From assembly GCA_963808235.1 (NCBI GenBank), contig CAWEEQ010000004.1, positions 3,200,001 through 3,264,000 on the forward strand: DNA of 64,000 nucleotides, written 5' to 3'. The DNA comes from an uncultured delta proteobacterium. GTDB lineage: Bacteria > Desulfobacterota > Binatia > Binatales > Binataceae. The notes beneath the pieces are model-generated. The model was not told the DNA's origin, ran no database searches, and worked only from the letters and a program-made list of their open reading frames with translations. Position 1 is the first letter of the stretch. The number at the start of each line of letters is the position of its first letter. The position numbers and the translations under genes are program-made. Positions 32,460-42,609 of the stretch are shown here, one piece after another.

Positions 32460-33065
32460 TTAGGGCGCGGGGCTATCCGCGCGTTTTGGCTGAAACGTGG
32501 GTTCTTCGCCGCGCGCGATTCGCTGAATGTTCTCTCGATGCCTGAAAATGACCAGGGCCGTCATCACGATCGCAAGCAGCAAGTACTGGCGCCGCAGTCC
32601 TAGTGCCGCAACAACGGGCGGCAGTGCGATCGCGGCAGTCATCGACGCGAGCGACATGGTTCGGCTGACCGCGAATACGACCCCAAATGCCGCCAGCGCA
32701 AACAAGATCGCCAGCGGCGAAATCACGAGCCACACCCCAAGCGCCGCCGCGAGTCCTTTGCCACCGCGAAAGCGGAGGAACACCGAGCAGATCGATCCGA
32801 CGAATGCGGCGAACCCGGTCCACGCAATCGTCGCGGCGGGAAAACCCGCTGCGCTCGCGACGACGACCGGAATAGCGCCCTTGAGCACGTCGCCGGCGAA
32901 AGTGATCGCCGCAGCGCTCATGCCTCCAGCACGCGCGACATTGGCCGTCCCGATATTTCCCGAGCCGACCGCACGCGGATCGAAGCCGCGCATCCGTCCA
33001 ACGATCACGCCGGTAGGAATCGAGCCTACGAGGTACGCGCCAACTATCAGAAGTGCTTCAGTCAT
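32460..33065 (-). CDS. plsY: Glycerol-3-phosphate acyltransferase
   Basis: YLVGSIP, GSGNIGTAN, DVLKG, FRGGKG, RHRENI. Confidence 0.95.
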   Translation of the reverse strand: MTEALLIVGAYLVGSIPTGVIVGRMRGFDPRAVGSGNIGTANVARAGGMSAAAITFAGDVLKGAIPVVVASAAGFPAATIAWTGFAAFVGSICSVFLRFRGGKGLAAALGVWLVISPLAILFALAAFGVVFAVSRTMSLASMTAAIALPPVVAALGLRRQYLLLAIVMTALVIFRHRENIQRIARGEEPTFQPKRADSPAP

Positions 33066-33136
33066 TGTGTTGGCTGGAGGGCGACAGCATTGACGGTGCG
33101 GGCGCTAAACCTTCGCGGCAATTCCGTGAAAAAGAG

Positions 33137-33214
33137 TGGTCGGGGTGACTGGATTTGAACCAGCGACTCCTGCGTCCCGAACGCAGTGCTCTGGCCAGGC
33201 TGAGCTACACCCCG
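33137..33214 (-). tRNA. tRNA-Pro (anticodon CGG)
   Basis: CGGGGTG...CACCCCG-ACCA acceptor stem, anticodon arm CTGCG-TTCGGGA-CGCAG, T-loop GGTTCAAATCC. Confidence 0.97.
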
Positions 33215-33315
33215 TTTCCGGTTGAGCGTGATCGAACGATACAGACGAATTCTTATAGCATCCGAGCCGACGCCGCGCGAGGCAGGGGCTATCGCCTCGG
33301 ACCCCCCAATGTTTT

Positions 33316-34026
33316 TCAGATCTTCTCATGCGTATGCGCGACCAGATCGCGCATCTCGCCGACAATTTTCGTGTAATCAGGCTTGCCGAAAATTCCCGAG
33401 CCCGACACGAACACGTTGGCGCCCGCCGCCTTCACGTCAGCGATATTGTCCAGCTTCACCCCGCCATCTATCTCCACATCGATGCTGAGTCCGCGCCGTT
33501 TCAGCTCGCGCCGTATGTAGCGCAGCTTGTCGAGCGCCCCCGGGATGAACTCCTGCCCGCCGAACCCCGGATGCACGCTCATCACGAGGATCATGTCGAG
33601 ATGCTCGGCGAACGGCAGTACCCGGTCAGCGTCGGTCTCGGGATTGATTCCAATCGACGCGCGAGCGCCGAGGTCCCGAATCCGTTTCGCCATCGCGGGA
33701 ATGTCCGGGCAGACCTCGCAATGCACCGAGATTGAATCGGCGCCCGCTTTCACAAACTCCGCGACGTAGCGCTCGGGCTCCGCGATCATCAGATGCGCAT
33801 CGAGCGGCAGCTTCGTTACCTTGCGCACCGACTCGAGCACCGGAATCCCAATCGAGATGTTGGGCACGAAGTGCCCGTCCATCACGTCGAAATGAATCAG
33901 GTCGGCGCCGGCCGCTTCGACCTTGTGAATCTCCTCGCCCAGCCGCGCGAAGTCGGCGGCGAGAATCGAGGGTGCAATCTTGTCTGCAGTGTCTATCGGC
34001 GAAGGTCCCCGATTCGCTCGCTTCAT
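33316..34026 (-). CDS. rpe: Ribulose-phosphate 3-epimerase
   Basis: IAPSILAADF, HFDVMDGHFVPN, MSVHPGFGGQ, EIDGG. Confidence 0.97.
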   Translation of the reverse strand: MKRANRGPSPIDTADKIAPSILAADFARLGEEIHKVEAAGADLIHFDVMDGHFVPNISIGIPVLESVRKVTKLPLDAHLMIAEPERYVAEFVKAGADSISVHCEVCPDIPAMAKRIRDLGARASIGINPETDADRVLPFAEHLDMILVMSVHPGFGGQEFIPGALDKLRYIRRELKRRGLSIDVEIDGGVKLDNIADVKAAGANVFVSGSGIFGKPDYTKIVGEMRDLVAHTHEKI

Positions 34027-34080
34027 GTGAAGGAGATTAAACGATCGCGCGATCGGGTTGCGAGCCGATTCGCGTCGCGT

Positions 34081-34815
34081 TCAGAACCGGGGCAACGCGC
34101 TCGCCAGCCATGTGCCGATCGGATTCGAGACCATTCGCCGCGATGAGGAATAGTGATAGCGCGAAGAACTATACGAAGAATGATAGCGACGCCGTTTCGG
34201 TGTGCTCGGCGCGAGTCCCGGCAGGTACGTCAAGTATTTCACATTGTGCGGGGCCGGGAACATGGAAGCTTCAGCATATGCAGGAGCGGCCGTGAACGAG
34301 CCTGCCGACGGCGTGCTGGTCGCGGTCGGCGTCACCTGCACTCTGCCGACGCCTTTTCCAGTCAGCCCGATTTGCTGAGCCGCTCCGTGCGACAGATCGA
34401 TCGACCGCCCGCGCACGTACGGTCCGCGATCGTTGATTCGCACCACCACCGACCTGCCGGTATCGGGATTCATTACCCTCACGTGCGAGCCCAGCGGCAA
34501 CGTTTTCGACGCCGCCGTCAAACCTTCGGGATTGTAGATCTCGCCGGTGCTGGTGCGCCGGCCTGCGAAGCCCGGCCCGTACCACGAAGCGACTTCGGTG
34601 TATGGACCCCTGGAATTTAGCGGCGAGGGCGGTGCGTAGTAGGTCGGCTCCGCGCCAATCGGCGACGGAGTGAAATTTTGCGAGGAGCATCCCGCGAGCA
34701 TGAACGCGAGCGAGGCAACCAGCGCGAGCGCCCACCGCAAGCCTTTCGAATCATCGAAATGAATCGAGCGCGGCTCCCCCGGATTCGCGTGAAAAGGATC
34801 GGCTGCGGCTCTCAC
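34081..34815 (-). CDS. rlpA: RlpA family lytic transglycosylase lipoprotein (no SPOR domain)
   Basis: LAGC lipobox, ASWYG, TAASKTLPLG, RINDRGPY, IDLS; start uncertain. Confidence 0.88.
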   Translation of the reverse strand: MRAAADPFHANPGEPRSIHFDDSKGLRWALALVASLAFMLAGCSSQNFTPSPIGAEPTYYAPPSPLNSRGPYTEVASWYGPGFAGRRTSTGEIYNPEGLTAASKTLPLGSHVRVMNPDTGRSVVVRINDRGPYVRGRSIDLSHGAAQQIGLTGKGVGRVQVTPTATSTPSAGSFTAAPAYAEASMFPAPHNVKYLTYLPGLAPSTPKRRRYHSSYSSSRYHYSSSRRMVSNPIGTWLASALPRF

Positions 34816-34873
34816 GGCCGTTCGTCATCCATAGGATCAAATAATAGTCTACCCCCGCCGAGTGGGTCCAGAG

Positions 34874-36253
34874 CTAGCGCCGAATTAGCCGCGCCGCGAA
34901 AAAGCCGTCGAGTCCGCCGAGGTCCGGACGCGTTTTCAGAAATCCGCGCGCGTCGAGCAGGTCTTTCACCTGGTCGTAGCCGGGCGGCCGCGGATCGATC
35001 TCGAATTCCGCATGAGTCTTTAGGAAATCGTCGATCACGCCCTCGCCCTCGGCGGGCGCGAGACTGCATACCGAATAAACGATCGCGCCTCCGGTCCGCA
35101 GCAACGCCGATGCAGTCTCGAGCATCCGCAACTGGATCGCCGCCATCCGCGCCGGATCGTCTGGATCAAGCCGCCACCTTATTTCCGGATGCTCGCGCAG
35201 CGTTCCCATCCCCGTGCAAGGCGCGTCGAGCAGCACATACTCAAAGCTCGCCGCTCGAAGCGGCGCCGTCGCGGTCAGGTCTGCGCACACATATGCGAGG
35301 TTCGGATGCCGCAATCGCCGCGCGAGGTCGCGCGCATTTTTAAGTCCGTTGCGATTCAAGTCCACTGCAATCACGCGGCCGCGCTCGCCGACAATCTCCG
35401 CAAGATGGGTCGCCTTGCCGCCCGGCGCCGATGCGCAATCTGCGACGGTCGCGCCGGCGCGTGCTCCGAGCATCCTCGCCACGATTTGCGAGGCCTCCGA
35501 CTGCGCGTGGAAAAGTCCTTCACGATACGAGTCGGACTCGAACCGCGGCGCCGCCTTCAGGACGATCGTTTGCGGCGCGCGCCCATCCGCGCCGATCTCG
35601 AAACCATCTTTGCCGAGCCGCGCGAGTATTTCGGTGCGCGACCCGCGCGCGAGATTCAGCCGAATGACGTTCGGCGCGGCGTCGTTGTTCGCCGCCATCA
35701 GCCGCTCAGCATCGGCGGCGCCAAACCATTCGACGAATCGCTCGACCATCCAGCGCGGATGCGAATACGCGATCGCAAGAAAATTATTTTCATCGCGCTC
35801 GCGCGACGGTATCGGCGCAGTTTCGCGAGTCGCACGGCGCATCACCGCATTGACGAATCCGGATGCCCTGCGCGCCTGAGAATTTCTTTTCGCAAGGCTC
35901 ACCGCGGTGTCGACGATCGCATGCGCCGGAATTCGATCGAGGAAGCGGAGTTGAAACAACCCCATCCGCAAAATCTCGAGCGCAAGCGGCTGAATCGAGA
36001 TAAGTTCGCGGCGAGTCAGCCACGCAAGCTCGTAATCGAGACGTCCCTGCCATGCGATCGTGCCAAGCACCAGCCGCGTGATCAGGCGCCGATCTGCCGG
36101 CGCGAACTCAGGCAGCCGTGCGCCGAGCAGAACGTCGGCGTATCCGGATTCCCGATTGACCCGGAACAAAATGTCGGCCGCCGCAAGTCGTGAGGCGAGG
36201 CCCTGGTCGCGCTCCCGCGGGCGCGAACTTGGCTTAACACCCGTCTCACTCAT
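34874..36253 (-). CDS. rsmB: 16S rRNA m5C967 methyltransferase
   Basis: NusB-like N-terminus, ASAPGGKA, LLDAPCTG, YSVCS, DGFFAA; follows fmt. Confidence 0.95.
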   Translation of the reverse strand: MSETGVKPSSRPRERDQGLASRLAAADILFRVNRESGYADVLLGARLPEFAPADRRLITRLVLGTIAWQGRLDYELAWLTRRELISIQPLALEILRMGLFQLRFLDRIPAHAIVDTAVSLAKRNSQARRASGFVNAVMRRATRETAPIPSRERDENNFLAIAYSHPRWMVERFVEWFGAADAERLMAANNDAAPNVIRLNLARGSRTEILARLGKDGFEIGADGRAPQTIVLKAAPRFESDSYREGLFHAQSEASQIVARMLGARAGATVADCASAPGGKATHLAEIVGERGRVIAVDLNRNGLKNARDLARRLRHPNLAYVCADLTATAPLRAASFEYVLLDAPCTGMGTLREHPEIRWRLDPDDPARMAAIQLRMLETASALLRTGGAIVYSVCSLAPAEGEGVIDDFLKTHAEFEIDPRPPGYDQVKDLLDARGFLKTRPDLGGLDGFFAARLIRR

Positions 36254-37203
36254 TCGCCCAGCCGCGCGCCCGCTGCGATACGTTTGCCGCGAAAAAAATC
36301 CGCCGCAGGAATTCTCTTTCGCCCCGGCGCCTGCACTTCGACCAGCCGAAGCCGCCCGACTCCGCATTGCACCACGGGATGCGGCGTGACGCTGACGATC
36401 GTGCCCGGCACATCGCCGGTCGAATCCTCAGCCTCGACCGCCGCGCGCCAGACGAGCATCTCCTCTTTGCCGAGCCGGGTCCGCGCGACCGGCCACGGAT
36501 CGTATGCGCGCGTCATTCTCTCGATCTGCGCCGCGCTTCCGCTCCAATCGATCGCGGCGTCCTGCTTTTTTACGATCGACGTGTACGTAGCGAGCGTCTC
36601 GTCCTGCGCCGTCTCGACCAACGCACCGCGCCTCGCGAGATCGATCGCCTCCAGCAGCGCCGACGCACCCAGCTCCGCGAGCTTTTCCTTGAGAGTGCCC
36701 TGCGTATCGTCAACTGCAATCGGAATCGCGCGCTGAAGATAGGCCGGCCCCGAGTCCATCTTTTCGACGATCCGCATGATCGTCACGCCGGTCTCGGCAT
36801 CGCCCGCCAAAATCGCGCCTTCGATCGGCGCGGCGCCGCGATGCCGCGGCAGCAGCGATGCGTGCACGTTGATCGGCGCAATTTTCGGCGCCTCGAGAAT
36901 CTGCGGCGGCAGGATGCGTCCGTACGCGGCGACCACCAACAAGTCAGGCTCGAACGCCTTCAACTCGCCGACAAACTCCGCGGTGCGAATCTTCAATGGC
37001 TTCAGCGTGGGAATCCCGTGACGCTCGGCGACTTTGCCGACCTCGCTCGGCTCCATCGCAAGGCTGCGTCCGCGCGGCTTGTCGGGACGCGTTACCACCC
37101 CGAGGACGCGCAAACCGGCTCCGGAAGCGGCCACGAGACGCTCCAGGATATGAGCCGCCAGCGCCGGCGTGCCCATGAAAACGATCTTTAGTGACTCGGC
37201 GAT
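36250..37203 (-). CDS. fmt: Methionyl-tRNA formyltransferase; probable start at ATC 37203
   Basis: FMGTP, VAAYGRIL, NVHASLLPRHRGAAPI, MDSG; the conserved N-terminus (x)AESLKIVF lies upstream of the first ATG at 37176. Confidence 0.93.
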   Translation of the reverse strand: MAESLKIVFMGTPALAAHILERLVAASGAGLRVLGVVTRPDKPRGRSLAMEPSEVGKVAERHGIPTLKPLKIRTAEFVGELKAFEPDLLVVAAYGRILPPQILEAPKIAPINVHASLLPRHRGAAPIEGAILAGDAETGVTIMRIVEKMDSGPAYLQRAIPIAVDDTQGTLKEKLAELGASALLEAIDLARRGALVETAQDETLATYTSIVKKQDAAIDWSGSAAQIERMTRAYDPWPVARTRLGKEEMLVWRAAVEAEDSTGDVPGTIVSVTPHPVVQCGVGRLRLVEVQAPGRKRIPAADFFRGKRIAAGARLGE

Positions 37204-37204
37204 T

Positions 37205-37747
37205 TTAGATCCGTACCGCGGAGGGGCGCTCGCTGTCGGCCTTGCCCTCCTTGATCAACTTCTTGAGTTTACGCTTGTACAGCTCGCGTTTGATCCGGCT
37301 GATCCGGTCGATGAACAGCTTGCCGTCGAGATGATCGATCTCATGCTGCAACGCGACCGCGAGCAACTCGTCGGCTTCGATCTCGATCTCTTTTTCGTCC
37401 GGCGTCCATGCGCGCACCAGCACGTGCGCCGCCCGCTCGACATCCGCGGTATAATCGATCACCGAGAGGCAGCCTTCTTCCCAGATTATTTTACCTTCGG
37501 CCTCCACAATCTGCGGGTTGATCAGCTTGAGCAGATGCTTGCCCGGATCATTGTGGTCGGTGTCCAGAACGATAATTCGCTTCGACTCGCCGACCTGCGG
37601 CGCCGCAAGCCCGACCCCCGGCGCCGCGTACATGGTCTGCACCATGCTGTCGATCAAACCCTCGACATTGCCGTTGATATTTTTAACCGCGGCCGCGGGC
37701 TCTTTGAGCACATCTTCGGGAAATTTGCGAATTCTTAGAAGCGCCAT
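37205..37747 (-). CDS. def: Peptide deformylase
   Basis: GVGLAAPQVG, EGCLS, QHEIDHLDG. Confidence 0.97.
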   Translation of the reverse strand: MALLRIRKFPEDVLKEPAAAVKNINGNVEGLIDSMVQTMYAAPGVGLAAPQVGESKRIIVLDTDHNDPGKHLLKLINPQIVEAEGKIIWEEGCLSVIDYTADVERAAHVLVRAWTPDEKEIEIEADELLAVALQHEIDHLDGKLFIDRISRIKRELYKRKLKKLIKEGKADSERPSAVRI

Positions 37748-37805
37748 TCTCGATTACCGGATACGACTCAAATCTATCAAAGGGGCCGCGGGGCCGGAAG
37801 TTGAT

Positions 37806-38747
37806 TCACCAAAACTTCGCCGCAAGTCCGATCGGCGCGAGGAACGATTCGACCGCGCGGATGCACTCCTCGGGACGTTCGATTTGCAGAAAATGACTGG
37901 TGCCTGGAATCGCTTCGTAAGGAAGTCTCAACTCCTCGGCCATCGCGCGCCCAATCAGCGCCGGCGGCATCACTTCGTCGAGCGTCGGATCGCCGCATAC
38001 GAGTTTCACCGGCACTGGACAATGCGCCATCTGCGGCCACAGCTCCGGATTCGCGCCACTTGAAAAAACATGCGCCTCGTAGTCGCGCGGACACGCAAGC
38101 ACATAATCGCCCCGCGCGCGATCGTGACGCAGCGTCGCTCGCGCCATCAACTCGTACGCATCGGGCACCCATCGCTTGAACCGCCGCGCGAACTGTTTTG
38201 CAAGATCGATCGGATCGTTGTACCGCTCCGGACGCCGCGCCGCGCGCGACGCGAGCGATTCCTTGTCGCTGCGCTGCAGGTATTGCACCGGATGCCCCTC
38301 GCGCGGGTAAACCGGCGGATCGAACAGCACCAGCGCGTCGAAGCGCGCGCCGTACTTGAGCGCATGCATCGCGGCCGTCACCCCCGACAGCGAATGAAAC
38401 AACCCCGCGGATCGCTTCGCGCCAAGCTCGCGATTTATCGCGTGCCAGACCAGATCCATGTCATCGATAAAATTCTGCCATGTGTGACCGTCGGCGCCAT
38501 GCAGCGGGTTATGTCCATGATTGCGAAAATCGAAAACTATTACCTCATAACGTTCGCGAAGCGGCCCCCAGAACGGAAAGTAACCGTCGATCGCGAGCCC
38601 GTTGCCGTGACTGAGCACGAGCCGCGGCGCATCGGCGAGCCCGTGTTGCCTCACGTGGATAATCGCGCCGTCGTGCATCTTCACGTCGAATGCATGACGA
38701 GCGCGGGGAACATGATGTATCAGCGGAGTTTCGTTCATCGTGCTCAC
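37806..38747 (-). CDS. Alpha/beta fold hydrolase
   Basis: SHGNG, DFRNHG, nucleophile elbow FHSLSG, SHFLQIE; GTGA overlap with the priA stop. Confidence 0.85.
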   Translation of the reverse strand: MSTMNETPLIHHVPRARHAFDVKMHDGAIIHVRQHGLADAPRLVLSHGNGLAIDGYFPFWGPLRERYEVIVFDFRNHGHNPLHGADGHTWQNFIDDMDLVWHAINRELGAKRSAGLFHSLSGVTAAMHALKYGARFDALVLFDPPVYPREGHPVQYLQRSDKESLASRAARRPERYNDPIDLAKQFARRFKRWVPDAYELMARATLRHDRARGDYVLACPRDYEAHVFSSGANPELWPQMAHCPVPVKLVCGDPTLDEVMPPALIGRAMAEELRLPYEAIPGTSHFLQIERPEECIRAVESFLAPIGLAAKFW

Positions 38748-41243
38748 AGCATCCTTACCGGATCGATGTCGATCGCCAAATATACATCGTCGCGCTCGGC
38801 GGTTGGCCCCACGTCGGCGCGCATCTGTGCGAGCGCCGCGCGCATCGGCTTCAGCTCGCGCGATTTTACCATCACCTGCCACCGGTAGCGCTGCTTGATC
38901 CTTTCGATCGGCGCGGGCGCCGGCCCGAGCACGCGAATACCGTTTGGCGTCGAGTTTTGCGTAAGCGACTTCGCGACCTGCTCCGCCAGCCGCCTCACAA
39001 TCGCCGGCTCCACACCCTCGATTCGCACCATCGCCATGCGCGCCGACGGCGGGTACTGAAGTTCGGCGCGCAGTTGTAACTCGCGGCGGATGAAACGCGC
39101 GTAATCCTGATCCTTGGCCGCGCGGATGCTGTAGTGGTTCGGCGCGTAGGTCTGGATGATCACCCGCCCCGGACGCTCGCCGCGTCCCGCACGGCCCGCG
39201 ATCTGGGTCAGCAATTGAAACGTGCGCTCGGCGGAACGGAAGTCGGGCATGTTCAGCGCGAGATCGGCGTTCACCACTGCCGCCAGCGTGATGCCGGGAA
39301 AATCGAAACCCTTGGTGATCATCTGCGTGCCGACCAGAATATCTATTTCGCCGGCGCGAAGCTCGGCCAGCATCCGCGCCCGCGCGCCGCGTAGCCCGCT
39401 GGTATCGGAATCCATCCTTTCGATTCTCGCAGTCGGCATCATCTCCGCGAGGGTCTCGGTCAGCCGCTCGGTGCCGAAGCCCTGCCCCTGCAACCCGAAG
39501 CCGTGGCATTCAGGACAGGTATCGGGCGCGGAATCGTGATTTCCGCAGTAGTGGCATCTGAGCGATCGGTCGCGCAGATGAAACGTCATGCTCACGCTGC
39601 AGTTCGGGCACGCGATCACATTGCCGCAGATATGGCATTGCAGAAAATTGTGGAAACCGCGCCGGTTCAGAAACACCATGCTCTGGCCGCCCGACGCGAG
39701 GTTCTCGCGGATTGCCGCTACCAGAGCCGACGACAGCGGCACCGCATCCGGAGCACCCGACCCTGTGCTCGAGGCAGGCGCCGCGCCATTCACAGCCTTC
39801 GCACTTGCGCCCGGCCGGTTCGTCTCGGCGGATCTCCGCGCCTCGGCGACCTCGCGCCGCATATCGACGATTTCAACCGTCGCCATAGCGCGATCGTTCA
39901 CCCGGCGCAAAAGCCGCAAGAGCCGGTACCGCCCGCGCCGCGAATTTGCGAACGACTCGCTCGACGGCGTCGCGGAACCGAGAACTACCGGACATTTCGA
40001 GTAGCCCGCCAGCGCAACCGCAAGATCGCGCGCGTGGTAACGGATGCCTTCCTCGTTTTTGTATGAAGCGTCGTGCTCCTCGTCGACGACGATCAGGCCC
40101 ACATCGTGGAGCGGCGCAAATATCGCCGAGCGCGGCCCAATCATCACTCGCGCCTGTCCGCCAATCGCCGCCATCCAACTCGCCCATCGCTCCGATACGC
40201 TCTGCGCACTGTGCGCGATACCGACCAGCCGCCCGAACCGCAATCGAAATGAACGCACCACTTCGTCGGCCAGCGCGATTTCGGGCACCAGCACGAGCAC
40301 GTTGCGCCCGGCGCCGAGCGCTCGCGCCGCGAGGTTCAGGTAAATCTCCGTCTTGCCGCTCGCGGTGACGCCCCAGAGCAGAAACGCCTGGTACTTGCGA
40401 TTTTCGATCGCCGGCGCGATCGCATCGAGCGCAGTCTGCTGTTCGTCGCTGAGCTCGAATCCCGCCGGCTCAGCGATGTGCGCCGGGACCTCCTGCCTCC
40501 TCGATCACGACCAATCCTCGGCGGACCAGGCTCTTCAACACCGCGCCAGCGTGGGGGATTTCGCCCTTCAGCTCCTCGACGCGCTTTCCCGCACCGCCGG
40601 CTTTTGCGATCGCATCGACGACGCTGCGCTGCTTCGGCCCGCGCAGTTCCTTGCGGCCCGCACTCGCGCCTTCACCGAGACGCGCGACGAGGTCCGCCGA
40701 CTCCCGATGCCGTCCCTGGGTGCTGTCGCGACGTTCGAGCGTGCCGTCCGCGATAAATCGCGCGAGCGCCGCGCGGGTCTCGCGCACCGGACCAAGTTTT
40801 TCGATTTGCTTATGGCTCAGCGCGCGGGAAGTTATCGCCGCGATGATCTTTTTCTCGACCGCCGTAAACGCGGCGCGCTTGAGCGCATCGGGCGGCGCCG
40901 CGAGCCGGTACGCGATCCGCGATTCCACTCGCGCCACCGCCGGAATCACGCTTCGGTACGCGTCTGCAATCGACACCATGTAGTACGAGGCGAGAAACTC
41001 CATCAGCTCCAGATGCGCCCGATCGAACAACGGCCGCGGCTCCATCACTTCGAGTATCGGCTTCAGCTCCCCGGTTGAGAGATTTTCGCCGACTTCGGTG
41101 ACGACCCCCGTGACTTTGCGCGAGCGCAACGGCGCGAGCACGCGATGCCCCGGCTGGACATGGCCGTCGAGCGCGGACGGAATCGAATACGTCAGCGTCT
41201 CGAATCCGCGCGTCGCGCCGACGATTACAATATTTGCGTGCAT
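38744..41243 (-). CDS. priA: Primosomal protein N' (frameshifted near 40495)
   Basis: N-terminal LTYSIP...PLRSRKVTG frame and C-terminal GVTASGKTE, DEEHD, zinc-binding CxxC motifs, GTQMITKG frame join by removing one base at about 40495. Confidence 0.93.
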
Positions 41244-41394
41244 CCTGGTTCGTCCAACTTATATCCGATGCCGCCGTCACCGTCGCACTGTCGTGGAATG
41301 CCCGATAACCCCCCGCTTTCGCGGGCGCGGCCAGTCTGGTTGAATCGGGATACGGCGCGCGCCCGTATGTCGCGCCAAAGATGGGACCCAACCG

Positions 41395-42561
41395 ATGCTG
41401 CGTTTTCTGACCGCCGGCGAATCGCACGGCCCCGAGCTGGTCGCGATAGTTGAAGGCGTTCCCGCCGGCTTCGACATCGACGTCGCCAAAATCAACGCCG
41501 ATCTTGCGCGTCGCCAGAAGGGCTACGGGCGCGGCGGCCGGATGCTGATCGAAAAAGACGAAGTGCGTCCGGTCTCGGGGATCCGCTTTGGCAAATCGCT
41601 CGGCAGTCCGATTACATTCACTATCGAGAATCGCGACTTCAAAAATTGGACTAAAAAGATGTCCGCCGATCCCGCCGATCGCGCCGAAGGAGTGCCCGTA
41701 ACACGGGCGCGGCCCGGCCATGCCGACCTCGCCGGCGTGCTGAAATACAATCTCGAAGACATTCGCGACGTGCTCGAGCGCGCATCGGCGCGCGAAACCA
41801 CCGCGCGGGTCGCGATCGGCAGCCTCGCCAAGCAGATACTGTCGCCGTTCGGAATCGACGTGCTCGGCTACGTCGCGAGCATCGGCGCGACCGAGGCAAA
41901 CACGCCTGCGACCCTTGGCATCGAGGAGTTGCGCCGTGTCACCGAAGCGTCGCAGGTTCGGGTTGCCGACTCCGACGCGGAGCGCAAGATCATCGCCGAA
42001 ATCGACGAGTGCAAAAAGACCGGCGACACGCTCGGCGGCATCGTCGAGGTGGTCGCAAGCGGCCTGCCGGTCGGAATCGGCAGCCACGTGCAATGGGATC
42101 GCAAGCTTGACGGACGCCTCGCGTTCGCGCTGCTCAGCCTGCAGGCCGCCAAGGGCGTGGAGCTCGGCCTCGGTTTCACCGCGGGACGAATTCGGGGCTC
42201 CGAACTTCACGACGAGATCGGTTACGACAATGCCGGTCGCCGCTTCACGCGTCACTCCAACAATTCCGGCGGCACCGAGGGCGGCATGAGCACCGGCGAG
42301 CCGCTGCGCGTTCGAGTCGCGTTCAAGCCGCTCTCGACCCTGATGCGCCCGCTGCGTTCCGTCGATATCAAGACCAAGGCGGAGGCGGTCGGCGCGATCG
42401 AGCGCTCCGACGTGTGCGCGATTCCGGCCGCGGCGGTGATTGCCGAAGCGGTGGTCGCGTTCGAGCTGGGCGCGGCGTTCCTGGAAAAATTTGGCGGCGA
42501 TTCGCTCTTCGAGATCACCCGCAACTTCAAGGGATTTCTCGAACAGGTCCGCAACTATTAA
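41395..42561 (+). CDS. aroC: Chorismate synthase
   Basis: TAGESHG, RPGHADL, ERASARETTARVA, GGTEGGMSTG, ERSDVC. Confidence 0.97.
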   Translation: MLRFLTAGESHGPELVAIVEGVPAGFDIDVAKINADLARRQKGYGRGGRMLIEKDEVRPVSGIRFGKSLGSPITFTIENRDFKNWTKKMSADPADRAEGVPVTRARPGHADLAGVLKYNLEDIRDVLERASARETTARVAIGSLAKQILSPFGIDVLGYVASIGATEANTPATLGIEELRRVTEASQVRVADSDAERKIIAEIDECKKTGDTLGGIVEVVASGLPVGIGSHVQWDRKLDGRLAFALLSLQAAKGVELGLGFTAGRIRGSELHDEIGYDNAGRRFTRHSNNSGGTEGGMSTGEPLRVRVAFKPLSTLMRPLRSVDIKTKAEAVGAIERSDVCAIPAAAVIAEAVVAFELGAAFLEKFGGDSLFEITRNFKGFLEQVRNY

Positions 42562-42609
42562 TCGGGCGCGCGCGCGGCTGTCCGCGCCGCAAGATCACAA
42601 GATCATCTG

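Noticed and set aside
33066-33315. Genomic island integrated at tRNA-Pro
   Set aside because: Flanked by plsY and rpe, with no integrase and no duplicated tRNA 3' end in the window.
37806-39509. Long N-terminal extensions in the ORF track (also 42831, 28228, 11534, 50619, 59160)
   Set aside because: The extensions overlap neighbouring genes or repeats; downstream starts fit RBS or stop/start overlaps better.
40470-40510. Programmed frameshift or natural split of priA
   Set aside because: No slippery sequence and no start for the helicase half at the break; several similar indels nearby point to assembly error.
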